From: Octopus sinensis
Lineage: Eukaryota
Direction: 5' to 3'
NCBI RefSeq assembly: GCF_006345805.1
Contig: NC_043018.1
Coordinates: 28,768,001 to 28,832,000 of the forward strand
Length of the DNA stretch: 64,000 bases
In this document: positions 13,746 to 25,697 of the stretch, one piece after another
Layout of the letters: every line of letters begins with the position of its first letter
Position numbering within the stretch: position 1 is the stretch's first letter
Position numbers and translations under genes: made by a program
Notes under the pieces: generated by a model
Seen by the model: only the letters and a program-made list of their open reading frames with translations
Database searches by the model: none
Told to the model about the DNA's origin: nothing

Positions 13746-13866
13746 GCTGAGGTAGTTTGGTTTGCTACAGCATGAGAATAAAACATCTCACATGACTTTA
13801 TACACCGTTTTTATTATATCTGTGTGTATGTGTGTGTGTGTGTGTGCGCGTGTGTGTGTGTTGGTA

Positions 13867-14079
13867 TACTCTTTTACTCCTTTACTTGTTTCAGTCATTT
13901 GACTGTGGCCATGCTGGAGCACCACCTTTAGTCGAGCAAATCAACTACAGGACTTATTCTTTGTAAGCCTAGTACTTATTCTATCGATCTCTTTTGCCGA
14001 ACCGCTAAGTTACGGGGACGTAAACACACCAGCATCGGTTGTCAAGCAATGTTGGGGGGGGGGAAACACAGACACACAA

Positions 14080-14122
<43 letters not shown>

Positions 14123-14286
14123 CGACGGACTTCTTTCAGTTTCCGTCTACCAAATCCACTCACAAGGCTTCGGTCGGCCTGAGGCTATAGCAGAAGACAC
14201 ATGACGAAGGTGCCACGCAGTGGGACTGAACCCGGAACCATGTGGTTGGTAAGCAAGCTACTTACTACACAGCCACTCCTACGCCT
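13867..14286 (-). mobile_element. SINE-C, tRNA-derived with CORE-like domain, full length
   Basis: Head GGCGTAGGAGTGGCTGTG, B box GGTTCAGTCC, CORE-like GGCACCTT(G)GGCAAGTGTC segment (diverged in this copy), internal microsatellite and (GAGTAAAA)n tail. Confidence 0.9.
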
Positions 14287-14693
14287 ACGTATGTGTATCC
14301 ATGCAATTACTGCCCACATATATTTCAGATTTCTCCAATAGTTTGCAAAGTAAATTAACACCAGTTAGTGTTAAAACCAATAGCAGTTAATTAATGCTAC
14401 CAATATTGACTGTATTTCACACCAAGCAGGAATTTAGACTCCACTCTTATCTATCTGGACAGACACATCTAATCCGATCATCAACACCTTAACATATTCA
14501 TATAGATTTATTACTAATCGCCTGCCCTATTTTATTTTATATCATCGGTGCGGTATTTCTTCCACCTCTTTACGTTAATATTTCATATTCCTCCGCAGTC
14601 GACTTTGCTTTTCGTCCTTTCGAGATCGATAAAATGAATACAAGTTGAGTACTGGAATTGACGTAATCGATTTGCTTCTTCCCGTTAGAATTG

Positions 14694-15108
14694 CTCTCTT
14701 TTACTCTTTTACTTGTTTCAGTCATTTCACTGCGGCCATGCTGGAGCACCGCCTTTAATCGAGCAACTCGACCCCGGGACTTATTCTTTTGTAAGCCCAG
14801 TACTTATTCTATCGTTCACTTTTGCCGAACCGCTAAGTAACGGCGACATAAACACACCAGCATCGGTTGTCAAGCAATGCTAGGTGAACAAACACAGACA
14901 CACAAACACACACATGCATATACATATATATATACACATATATACGATGGGCTTCTTTCAGTTTCCGTCTACCAATTCCACTCACAAGGCTTTGGTCGGC
15001 CCGAGGCTATAGTAGAAGACACTTGCCCAAGGTGCCACGCAGTGGGACTGAACCCGGAGCCATGTGGTTGGTAAACAAGAAACTTACCACACAGCCACTC
15101 CTGCGCCT
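14694..15108 (-). mobile_element. SINE-C, full length
   Basis: Same structure as 13867-14286. Confidence 0.9.
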
Positions 15109-15499
15109 GTTTTTTTTTTTAAAATCAAAATTTGAAATAGCTTTTATCACCAGTATTTCATTACGTGTAAGGTGGCGAGCGGGCAGAATTGGTACCGGAC
15201 AAAATGCTTAGCAGCATTTCGTCCGTCCTCATCTTCTGAGTCAATGTGATCAACTTACCTTCCTCTCCACCATAAAAAATTGCTGGCCTTGTGCTACAAT
15301 TTCAAATCAAGATTTTATTATGCGTTGGTGAAGTGTGGGTGAACGGTTAAGAAGTTCTTTTCGTGATCGCGAGTTCGATTCCCTTGGCTGGTATGTTAGA
15401 CAAATGTAATTTCTTTTTGCAGCTAGACTCCGCTCATAGTACAGGAAACTGTGTGGAAGCTCACAGAAAAGATTGTATGTATAATTCTAAAACAAAACC

Positions 15500-15670
15500 T
15501 TGCCTGGCGGAGCGACAAGAAGCTTCTTTTCCAACCACATGGTTCTGGGTTCAGTTCCACAGCATGGGACCTTGGGCAAGTGCTTTCTACGATAGCCTAG
15601 GGCCGACCAAAGCCTTGTGAGTGGATTTGGTAGACAGAAACTGAAAGAAGCCCGTCGTATATATATGCAT

Positions 15671-15719
<49 letters not shown>

Positions 15720-15729
15720 ATATATATGC

Positions 15730-15788
<59 letters not shown>

Positions 15789-15864
15789 TATATATATATA
15801 TATATATGCATGTATATATATATATATATACCTACATGTATATATTATATATATATATACATGC

Positions 15865-15896
<32 letters not shown>

Positions 15897-15986
15897 GTAT
15901 ATATATATATACACATGTATATATATATATACATGTATATATATATATATATATACACATATGTATATATATAGATATATATATGC

Positions 15987-16026
<40 letters not shown>

Positions 16027-16287
16027 TTATATAAATATATATATATATATTTATATATATATATGTGTGTGTATGCATGTATATACCTATGTATATATGT
16101 TTTGATAACTGGTGTCGGTGAGTTTATGTCCTGTAGCTTAGCGGTTCGGCAAAAGAAGACCGACAGAATAAGTACCTGGCTTTAAAAAAATGTTCTTCAT
16201 GTGATACATTTGACTATAAACTCTTCAAGGCGGTGCCCCAGCATAGCTGCAGTCTAATGACTGAAACAAATAAAAGATAAAAGATAT
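15500..16287 (+). mobile_element. SINE-C with internal (TA)n expanded to about 440 bp
   Basis: 5' half at 15528-15658, microsatellite to about 16100, 3' half at 16100-16287. Confidence 0.8.
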
Positions 16288-16445
16288 CTGTAAAATGGTA
16301 GGAGTACTGCAGGCGAATTCAGGAGCAGGTAATTCAGTTCACAGAACAGATAGATCCTCATTGTCGAACGACGAAGATCGACTGACGCCATTATACCGCG
16401 TCCCTGCTCACTTTGTTTTCTTGGATACGTAAACTAGTGCTCGCA

Positions 16446-16650
16446 TATCTTTTATCGCTTACTTGTTTCAGTCATTGAACTGCGGCCAAGCTGGGGCACC
16501 GACTTCAAAGGGTTTAGTCGAACAAATCGACCCCAGTACATTCTGAAATCTGGTACTTATTCGATCGGTGTCTTTTGCTGAGATTTTATGCTATGAGAAC
16601 GTAAATAAACCGCTTCACAGGTTTCATAGAGATACCAAGCACACACACAC
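16446..16650 (-). mobile_element. SINE-C 3' fragment, diverged
   Basis: CTTGTTTCAGTCATT...GGGGCACCG tail. Confidence 0.7.
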
Positions 16651-16671
16651 ACATATATATGTATGTATGTA

Positions 16672-16732
<61 letters not shown>

Positions 16733-17069
16733 ATGTATATATGTATATATATATATATTTATATATATATATATTTATATAGTAACAATATAGGGTGAAA
16801 TTAATTAATTTGGAATAATTATTAATTACACCAAGTAGATTTCGGCATGTAAAAGCCTCATTCGAGGAAAATTTAAGTAATACTAAGCAATTAAGGGTTT
16901 AGCAACGAATTGCCTCACCACACACCGAATTTAGAAATAGCAGTCAAAGAGTTATAGCTATTCTTTCTACTAAAAGGGAGATCTCAGTAAAAACACAGCA
17001 CTTGAATGGCAAACACAGACAGGTAAGAGAGAATGAAATGACGGCAATCTATCATACAATTTTAAGTCA

Positions 17070-17160
17070 CCTACGGACGTACGTTTCGAAATTAAGTTTT
17101 AGGAAAGCATAAGAATTAGATAATTATATCTTACCCAACTTCATTTCTCATCAGCGTAGG
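17070..17160 (-). ncRNA. Type I hammerhead ribozyme (H1, minus copy)
   Basis: CCUACG-CUGAUGA-long helix II-GAAA-CGUACG-UC-CGUAGG; complete core and a perfect helix I. Confidence 0.85.
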
Positions 17161-17707
17161 ACACTACAATTATGAATAATTGTATATTAAATTTCGAGAT
17201 ACTAGAAGGCATCATCGCAACTCAGTATCAGAGCGAGCTAAAAGCTGTTACCAGTATCACCAAATTCAAAGTGTGAATGAAAGTTTGTGTCACCAGCCCC
17301 TTCCCACCCGCGTGTAGCCAAGACAGCTATAACTCTTTGACTGCTATTTCTAAATTCGGTGTGTGGTGAGGCAATTCGTTGCTAAACCCTTAATTGCTTA
17401 GTATTACTTAAATTTTCCTCGAATGAGGCTTTTACATGCCGAAATCTACTTGGTGTAATTAATAATTATTCCAAATTAATTAATTTCACCCTATATTGTT
17501 ACTGATAACCATATTTCATCCCAGTAAATGACCGCAGCATCTTGTCTTGGCTACACGCGGGTGGGAAGGGGCTGGTGACACAAACTTTCATTCACACTTT
17601 TAATTTGGTGATACTGGTAACAGCTTTTAGCTCGCTCTGATACTGAGTTGAGATGATGCCTTCTAGTATCTCGAAATTTAATATACAATTATTCATAATT
17701 GTAGTGT

Positions 17708-17798
17708 CCTACGCTGATGAGAAAAGAAGTTGGGTAACATATAATTATCTAATTCTTATGCTTTCCTAAAACTTAATTTCGAAACGTACGTCCGTAGG
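17708..17798 (+). ncRNA. Type I hammerhead ribozyme (H1, plus copy)
   Basis: Helix I 17708-17713/17793-17798, CTGATGA 17714-17720, GAAA 17781-17784, GUC cleavage triplet ending at 17792. Confidence 0.85.
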
Positions 17799-17983
17799 TG
17801 ACTTAAAATTGTATGATAGATTGCCGTCATTTCATTCTCTCTTACCTGTCTGTGTTTGCCATTCAAGTGCTGTGTTTTTACTGAGATCTCCCTTTTAGTA
17901 GAAAGAATAGCTATAACTCTTTGACTGCTATTTCTAAATTCGGTGTGTGGTGAGGCAATTCGTGCTAAACCCTTAATTGCTTA

Positions 17984-18068
<85 letters not shown>

Positions 18069-18089
18069 ATGTATATATATATATATATA

Positions 18090-18185
18090 CAGTAAAACCG
18101 TGATATACGAGTTAATTCGTTCCCGGAGAACACTCGTAATGCGAAAACCCGTAAACAGAAAAAGACTCGTAAAAACTCGCAAACA
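18090..18185 (+). mobile_element. Tigger/pogo-like DNA transposon left end
   Basis: TA|CAGTAAAACCGTGATATACGAGTTAATTCGTTCC resembles Tigger-type TIRs (recalled). No right end found. Confidence 0.45.
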
Positions 18186-18220
18186 TGGGGTCTCGGAAAG
18201 CGGGTCCTCATAAAGTGAGG

Positions 18221-18806
18221 ACCCCACAAGGGGCTAAACATAGAAGTGACAAACAAGGACAGACAAACGGATTAAGTCGATTATATCGATCTCAGTGCGT
18301 AACTGGTACTTATTTAATTGATCCCGAAAGGATGAAAGGCAAAGTCGACATCGGCGGAATTTGAACTCAGAACGTAACAGCGGACGAAATACCTATTTCT
18401 ATTTCTTTACTACTCACAAGGGGCTAAACACAGAGGACAAACAAGGACAGACAAACGGATTAAATCGATTACATTGACCCCAGTGCATAACTGGTCCTTA
18501 ATTTATCGACCCCGAAAGGATGACAGGAAAAGTCGACCTCGGCGAAATTTGAACACAGAACGTAGCGGCAGACGAAATACCTATTTCTTTATTACCCACA
18601 AGTGGCTAAACATAGAGGGGACAAACAAGGACAGACATAGGTATTAAGTCGATTACATCGACCCCAGTGCGTAAGTGGTACTTAATTTATCGACCCCGAA
18701 ACGATGAAAGGCAAAGTCGACCTCGGCGGAATTTGAACTCACAACGTAACAGCAGATGAAATACCGCAAAGCATTTCGCCCGGTGTGCTAACGATTCTGC
18801 CAGCTC
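18221..18806 (-). mobile_element. SINE-B head-to-tail trimer with TSD
   Basis: One head plus three core-tail units joined at GAAATAG|GTATTTC. CTCATAAAGTGAGG occurs at 18207-18220 and 18804-18817. Confidence 0.9.
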
Positions 18807-18827
18807 ATAAAGTGAGGTATAGTCGGT

Positions 18828-19099
18828 TTGTCTGTTCCTTCTCGAGCCATGTTTGTGTCATAACGGTCGGTTTCCTGGTTTCGTTGCCGTCGCAGGTGTG
18901 CTGCAAGATGCAGGAGGAAAGAGTGAGAGAAAGTTGTGGCGAAAGAGTCAGCAGAAGTTCGCCATTACCTTCTGCCGAAGCCGCGTGGAGCTTAAGTGTT
19001 TCGCTCATAAACACACACACATCGCCCGGTCTAAGATTCGAACCCGCGATCCCTCGACCGCGAGTCCGCTGCTCTAACCACTAGGCCATGTGCCTCCAC
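18828..19099 (-). mobile_element. SINE-A with internal deletion and 10-bp TSD
   Basis: TATAGTCGGT at 18818-18827 and 19100-19109. Confidence 0.9.
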
Positions 19100-19499
19100 T
19101 ATAGTCGGTCTGAAGAACGTTAAATATTTTTACACCAGAAATTTTTCTATTCTAATCAAAAATTCCTGGGAGAACTTTTGACCCATTTCATTATACACAT
19201 TTGAATGTAGAGTGTTTATGAAAAATAAATAGGTGAACATTTTTTGACTTAAATATTTTGGTAGCAAATAATGAACTGAAATTGAAAAATAACACATTTT
19301 CTCTGAATTCAGTGAATGAACTTTAGATGACCAAGTTAAAGTGCAACGAATATGATTCACGCGTTTTCTTGCTTTCTATCTCGATATGTTTCGTGATTTT
19401 ATTGAAAAAAAGCAAAAAATAAATTATTGACCTGACTCAATCTTTGAATGGTGTTAAAAACAAACGAAAGAAAACGAAACAAAAAAACGAAAAATGAAA

Positions 19500-19850
19500 A
19501 AAAAGAAACGTGGCTAAACACATACACGGACAAACAAACATATACATGCACACACATTCACATACATATACGCAGTATATACAGATACAAACGCATACTC
19601 ACACACGCGCTAACATACACATTCACACACGTTCACTTACATATACACATTATATACATATACAATCGCATACACACACACGTAAACATACACATACACA
19701 CACGTTCACACACACACACACATATATATATACGTACGAACGCCCGCACACACATCATACACTAACATACACACACACACACACACACACGCAAACATAC
19801 ACATTCACCCTCGTTCACATACACACACATACACACACACATACACACAT

Positions 19851-19883
<33 letters not shown>

Positions 19884-20170
19884 CGTACAAACGCCCGCAC
19901 ACACATCATGCACTAACATACACACACACACACACACACATATGTACATACAAACGCCCGCACACACATCATACACTAACATACACACACACACACGCAC
20001 GCACATACACATGCGCGCATACACACATATACAGGGTTACTACCAATTCAGATATGCTTGGGGCAAATTTAAAACCATAAGAAAGCCATTAACGGTGTAT
20101 GTGTGTGTGTGTGAGTATGTACACACACACACACATATGTACACGCATATACACACAATGGATTAGTAAC
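19500..20170. repeat. Degenerate (CA)n-rich tract
   Basis: Directly visible; the source of the 218-aa HT-repeat ORF. Confidence 0.9.
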
Positions 20171-20557
20171 CTATTGTTAAAAGGTTTGTTAGGTGACATC
20201 CTGTCCAGTGTCATAGTAGTCAGGGCGTTTGCCGCTCACGGCAGCTCTTGAGGTTTTCTTCCCCACCTGCCTCGCCCCATATACAGCAGAGCCAAAGCAA
20301 AAGTGTCAACCCCGTGAACGCCCCGCCAGGATCGAACCGTCCACCTGCTGCTCCAAACTACGCTCCTGGTAGTATCTAATCCAAAGGAGTGTAATCCTCT
20401 ATCCACAGTAATAACATTGTCACGATGAATCCCCTTGAAGGGATATGAATTGACAGAATTGTCAGAGCGTCGAACAAAATGCTTTTTGGCATTTTTCAGC
20501 CTTTAATGTTCTAATTTCAAGTCCAGGCGAGGTCAGCTTTGACTTTTGTTTTTCCGA

Positions 20558-20627
20558 ATTCGATCGAAACCGCGATTCCCCCACCGCGTGTCCGCTGCCC
20601 TAACCATTGGGCCATTGCGCCTCCACT
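20558..20627 (-). mobile_element. Isolated tRNA-derived SINE head related to SINE-A
   Basis: Reverse complement GTGGAGGCGCAATGGCCCAATGGTTAGGGCAGCGGAC...GGTTTCGAT. Confidence 0.6.
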
Positions 20628-21381
20628 GCTGTTGCTGCTGCTGTTGTTGCTGTTGTTGCTGTGGTCGTTGCCTCTGATGTTCTATAATCGTAAGTCGCCA
20701 TTATTGCTGTTGTTGTTTCGGCAGAGACACAATAAAGCACAATTCCCCACCTCCAAACACCATCACATGTTGTTGATGGGGTCGTTCATCAAGCATAAAA
20801 GATGCTGTGATTAAATAGAATATTTGTATCAACTTTTTGTTGTTGCTACTCTTGTTGTTGGTGTTGAACCCAGATAACAAAACACGAAGAAAAACATGAA
20901 AAAAAAAAAAAACGAGGATCATAAAAGTCGTAGAGCAAAAGCCATAAAAGCCGTGTTTTATCTCGCTGGGATGGACCAGCGGACACTGGAATGCTCTAAG
21001 GATTTCTTATCAGCAGAATATGCCAGAGATGGCTTAACCGCTGAGTGCTGGGATAACTTAATAAACTGATGTAAGGGAGTAGGATGATCCATTTTCGAAA
21101 AACTTCGTGGATTGAAACAGGATTCGGGAGTAAGACTTGTCTTTGTTGTGGTAAATGGAATAATAGAGAATAGATAACGGAACGTTATAGAATTATTAGA
21201 ATATTAGATTTTCCGGAGCAGCATGTAGAAAGGTTGACGAAAAACTTTGAGACAGTGAGGCTTGTAGAAATGAGAAGCTCTTGTTTATAACTTTTGTAAG
21301 CAAACTTTTCGCTGATCCGTGCTGATATCTGCCAACCGACAATAATTAATGATGTGCACGATAAACAATGAGACTCAAAAC

Positions 21382-21812
21382 AAGGAGGCGAGCTGGCAGA
21401 AACGTGAGTTCAAATTCCACCGAGGTCGACTTTGCCTTTCATCCTTTCCGGGTCGATAAATTAAGTACCAGCTAATCACTGGGATCGATATAATCGACTT
21501 AATCCGTTTGTCTGTCCTTGTTTGTTCTCTCTGCGTTTAGCCCCCTTGTGGGTAGTAAAGAAATAGATATCTATATAAAGGCGGCGAGCTGGCAGAAACG
21601 TTAGCACGGCGGACGAAATGCGTAGCCGTATTTCGTCTGCCATTACTTTCTGAGTTCGAATTCCGCCGAGGTCGACTTTGCCTTTCATCCTTTCGGGGTC
21701 GATAAATTAAGTACCAGTTAATCACTGGTTGTCTATGTAATCGACGTAATCCATTTGTCTGTCCTTGTTTGTCCCCTCTATGTTTAGCCCCGTGTGTGTA
21801 ATAAAGAAAGAG
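21382..21812 (+). mobile_element. SINE-B dimer with 14-bp TSD
   Basis: ATGAGACTCAAAAC at 21368-21381 and 21813-21826. The first monomer has an internal head deletion. Confidence 0.9.
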
Positions 21813-22690
21813 ATGAGACTCAAAACGCTCAAAGAATTTTCTAAATTTCATAAGTGTTTGATGGAAACTTTAAAATTAGTCTGAGAAAACGCCCAGGTTT
21901 TTGGAGATATAATCAAATGCATTAGGTCCCGTTCATTTTCGTCCGACGTTTGAAATAATTTTGTTTAATCATATTAAGAGTAAAAACACGTATTTGTAAG
22001 ACTTACTTCACTTAAGTATGAACTATTGCGTCTGGTTTCTTGTTCCGGAAGTTTACTCACGAAACACAATATTCTAGATTCCAGATTCACTAAATTAATG
22101 GATAGAAGTTCGTTTCACAGATTTCGTTCTGAAAGAGAAAAAAAATTCGAAAAAAAGAAAGAATACCTGACTCACTCACTCACACATTCACTCACTCACT
22201 CACATACTACACAAAGTTCGTCCGGAAATAATGGTTTGTCAGATGCGGACCATTATTTCACACTGAGATGCCGTTTTATATTTTATTACACCCAGCTATG
22301 TCGTTTGTCTTTAAAAGACAAACATCTAACGATACACACATGAAAACGCCATTGTACAAATATCTGCGCATTTATACACGTAAACGTTTACATTAAATTT
22401 ATTAAGAGTTGAGGTGTAATTAATATATGTCAACTACACATTTCGAAAACAAAATAACAAATTGTACTTCTATTGAAGAGGAAACATTGATGATGTATTC
22501 GCCCCTTGATACTCTTCTAATTAAACTTTATCACTTAACTCCGTGGAGACCGGATATGCTCTGAGTTGACAAAAGTCGATTGCAATGTAAAAGCCAGCGT
22601 GTAACAGTGTGGATATTCTGAGTAGCAATAGTCTGTCTGTCTCTCTTTCTCTCTTACACACACACACACTCACACACGCACACATACGCA

Positions 22691-22998
22691 GTGGAGGCAC
22701 ATGGCCTAGTGGAGGCACATGGCCGCAGCGGACTCGCAGTCGAGGGATCGCTGGTTCGAATCTCAGACCGGGCGATGTGTGTGTTTATGAGCGGAACACC
22801 TAAGCTCCACGCGGCTCCGGTAGAAGGTCATGGCGAACTTCTGCTGACTCTTTCACCACAACTTTCTCTCACTCTTTCCTCCTGCATGTTGCAGCTCACC
22901 TGCGACGGACCGGCGTCCCGTCCAGGTGGGGAACCCATACGCCAAGGAAACCGGAAACCGGCCCTTATGAGCCAGGTATGGCTCGAGAAGGAACAACG
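22691..22998 (+). mobile_element. SINE-A with duplicated 5' end and 8-bp TSD
   Basis: GTGGAGGCACATGGCC occurs twice. CATACGCA at 22683-22690 and 22999-23006. Confidence 0.9.
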
Positions 22999-23040
22999 CA
23001 TACGCACACAGCAAGCACACGCACGCATGCAATCATGTAT

Positions 23041-23215
23041 AGGAGCAGGCATGTCTGTGTGGTTAAGAAGCTCTTTGTAACCCTGTAGTTTTGGGTTCAA
23101 TCTCACTGCGCGATACCATGATCAAGTGACCTCCACTATATCAACGGCTCACTCAATGCCTTGTGAGTGAATTTGGTTGATGGAAACTGTGAAGAAGCCC
23201 ATCATTCATATATAC
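23041..23215 (+). mobile_element. Diverged SINE-C 5' half
   Basis: GGGTTCAATC B box and ...GCCTTGTGAGTGAATTTGGT...GAAGAAGCCC. Confidence 0.65.
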
Positions 23216-23278
23216 AGACGTTACTATACTTGTGCCTTTTGGTTGTACATTGCGAAAATTCCACCTTAATAATTTATA

Positions 23279-23624
23279 CATGGTTCAGTGGTTAGAGCGT
23301 CGAGCTTACGATCATGAGGTTGTAACTTCGAATCCCGGACAGGGCTGCATGTTGTGTTCTTTATTTCACATCCCTCCAGCTCTCACAGCTGTAGAAATGA
23401 GTTGTGACGTCACAGATGCCAAACCGTATCGGTGTTCGCCTTTCCCTTGGATAACATCGGTGGTGTGGAGAGGAGAGGCTGGTATGCATGGGCGACTGCT
23501 GGTCTTCCATAAAAAGAACCCTAGGTTGTGCGTTCGCCGGTGAGGCGACTTTCCGCCCAGACTTGTACCCTAGAGGGGAACCTTTTAGGTGCACCTACGG
23601 TCATTTTTGACTGGCGGAGTCTTT
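23279..23624 (+). mobile_element. SINE-D, tRNA-derived with a distinct body
   Basis: A-box-like TGGTTCAGTGG and B-box-like CTTCGAATCC followed by about 280 bp of non-repetitive body. Single copy in the window. Confidence 0.55.
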
Positions 23625-23708
23625 CACACACACACACACACACACATACACATATGTATATACACAGACATGACTTTATATATTTGTGTTTGTGTGTAGA
23701 TATATATA

Positions 23709-23947
23709 TTTCTTTATCTCTTTATTGCCCACAAGGGGCTAAACACAGAGGGGACAAACAAGGACAGACAAAAGGATTAAGTCGATTGCATCGACCACAG
23801 TGCGTAACTGGTACTTTATTTATCGACCCAGAAAGGATGAAAGGCAAAGTCGACCTCGGTGGAATTTGAACTCAGAACGTAACAGCAGACGAAATACGGC
23901 TACGCATTTCGCCCGGTGTGCTAACGTTTCTGCCAGCTCACCGCCTT
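23709..23947 (-). mobile_element. SINE-B monomer
   Basis: Full head, core and B1 tail. Confidence 0.9.
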
Positions 23948-24649
23948 AGCGTACACACACACACACGCACATATATGTATGTATCTCTCTCTCCCTCTCT
24001 ATATATGTGTGTGTGTGCACGTGCATTTGTGTGCGCTCTCGTGAGTGTGGTTGTGCATATATATTTGTGAATGTATGTACCTATATGTGTGTGCGCGTAT
24101 TTGTGTGAATGCGTGCGTGTATTTTTGCGTGCGCCGATGAACGTGTCTAAGTATTTGTGAACGTATCCTTGTGCGTGCGTGTGCATATTTGTGCACGCAC
24201 ATATGCATATTTTGTGTATCTGTGTCCGTATATTCGTGCATGTGCGTGCACTCGTGTGCGTGCCCTTGTGCGTGCGTGTGAGACTGTCGTTACTCTGAAT
24301 TTATCGATCGTTCATACAACAGAAAATATTAATGGCGGCTTGATTTATACAAGAATTCACTACACGTTGAGCTACTCTTTATTCTTCGATGGTCACAACG
24401 GGCCAGTGCTTTGCTTATCATAACCTTGTATATGTTTGGTTAAGTTATACCCGTTAACTTTATATTCTCAATGTTCCTTCGGCAAATAACTCTTCAAACT
24501 TGTTTTCAGGTCAGAGTTACATAACGTATTTTTAGAATCAAGAGAGGACTTATATTATCCCTGTCACTGAAAAGTAAAATTCTTACTCTTAATACAGATG
24601 AACAAGGTCTGCAATAAAAACAACATAAATGCTAGCAACGGCTGACAAG

Positions 24650-25030
24650 GCAATAGAAACTTCGAAATTTACAGCCACAGCCTAAGTTTCTCAGAAACAT
24701 TTCGCCATTGTTATAGCGTAAATGCCACTATAGAATTGCACTAATATGTCTAATCTATGAAAAATGTCTCTCGAATGCTTTTGTGTATATAGCTACCGTG
24801 ACAAAACCAAATTGTAGAATATTCGTATACAGAGGGTTAACAGAAAGTGACTTGAAATATCGGTGTATACAGAACATACATTCCTACATAGCCAAAGACA
24901 AAATCAGCTCAGCATCAATATTCTAAAACATTTGAAAGCTCTAAAGCAGTGGAATCAATATTTTGATAAAATGGAGTATTTCTGAAAACGTTATGCAAAT
25001 ATGCAAGGTTGATAGAATGAGGAATAGAAA
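24650..25030 (+). pseudogene. Third, diverged PLE GIY-YIG relic
   Basis: From 24747: CLIYEKCLSNAFVYIATVT...YRGLTESDLKYR...HSY...NI*KL*...IKWSI, matching PLE CL...VY.ATVT...Y.GLTE..FK.R...HIWKLK...IKW.I. Confidence 0.7.
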
Positions 25031-25256
25031 TTCTGGAAATGAGTGGAATATCTGGCATAGAAGCTTTCTTGATCAAGTCTCAGATGCGATGAAGTGAACA
25101 CATCATTCGCGTAAATAGGGGTCGAATACTCAAACAAATCTATGATAATTGGCTTGTAAATTCACGATGCAATGTAGGCCACTTCTACGGCATAAGGACA
25201 AATTCAAAGATAAAATTTGAAACGCTTGAATATTAGCAATGGAAATTTTGAGAATC

Positions 25257-25697
25257 GGATCTTTTCGGTTTGAACGGCAGTTTTTAACATAATTTCTAGG
25301 TTACTAAAAAATTTTAAACTTCGTATACTGGTAGAATGTGTTTATAAAACATCTTTTTCTCTTGGCTTTATTGAGAAAATTCTATAGTTTGTAAGATATT
25401 TGTTGCTGTTTTTCTTCAATTTCTGCAATTTCAACCAATCATTGACGTCTATTGAAGCAAAAACATTCTGTGCCGTATGAATATGTCCCTCATTTAAGAA
25501 ACAGATTGGGTTTATTTACATTTGTGAAGAAAAAATATACCTTTCTCCCCACCCCTAACCCTAACCCTAACTAATCCTTACTAACCCTAACCCTAAAATA
25601 AATTGAAATGCAATAGATCGATACTAGTGTCATAATTATGGGTGACAATTTCATATGACACCGCTAGAAAAAACTGCCGTTCAAACCGAAAAGATCC
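25257..25697. mobile_element. Merlin-like MITE with 24-bp TIR, 8-bp TSD and internal (CCCTAA)n
   Basis: TIR GGATCTTTTCGGTTTGAACGGCAG; TGAGAATC at 25249-25256 and 25698-25705. GG termini with an 8-bp TSD fit Merlin (inference). Confidence 0.8.

Larger units (their letters stand above)
16781..17986. mobile_element. Non-coding PLE/retrozyme-like element H1 (inverted copy plus partial tandem)
   Basis: 16781-17325 is the reverse complement of 17326-17503 and of about 17540-17986. (TA)n lies on both sides. It carries two hammerheads. Confidence 0.8.

Noticed and set aside
22225-22259. 11-bp inverted repeat with a 13-nt loop
   Set aside because: An isolated small hairpin with no supporting context.
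25545-25600. (CCCTAA)n suggesting a telomere
   Set aside because: A short tract internal to a TIR element; the same applies at 8510-8535 and 8875-8900.
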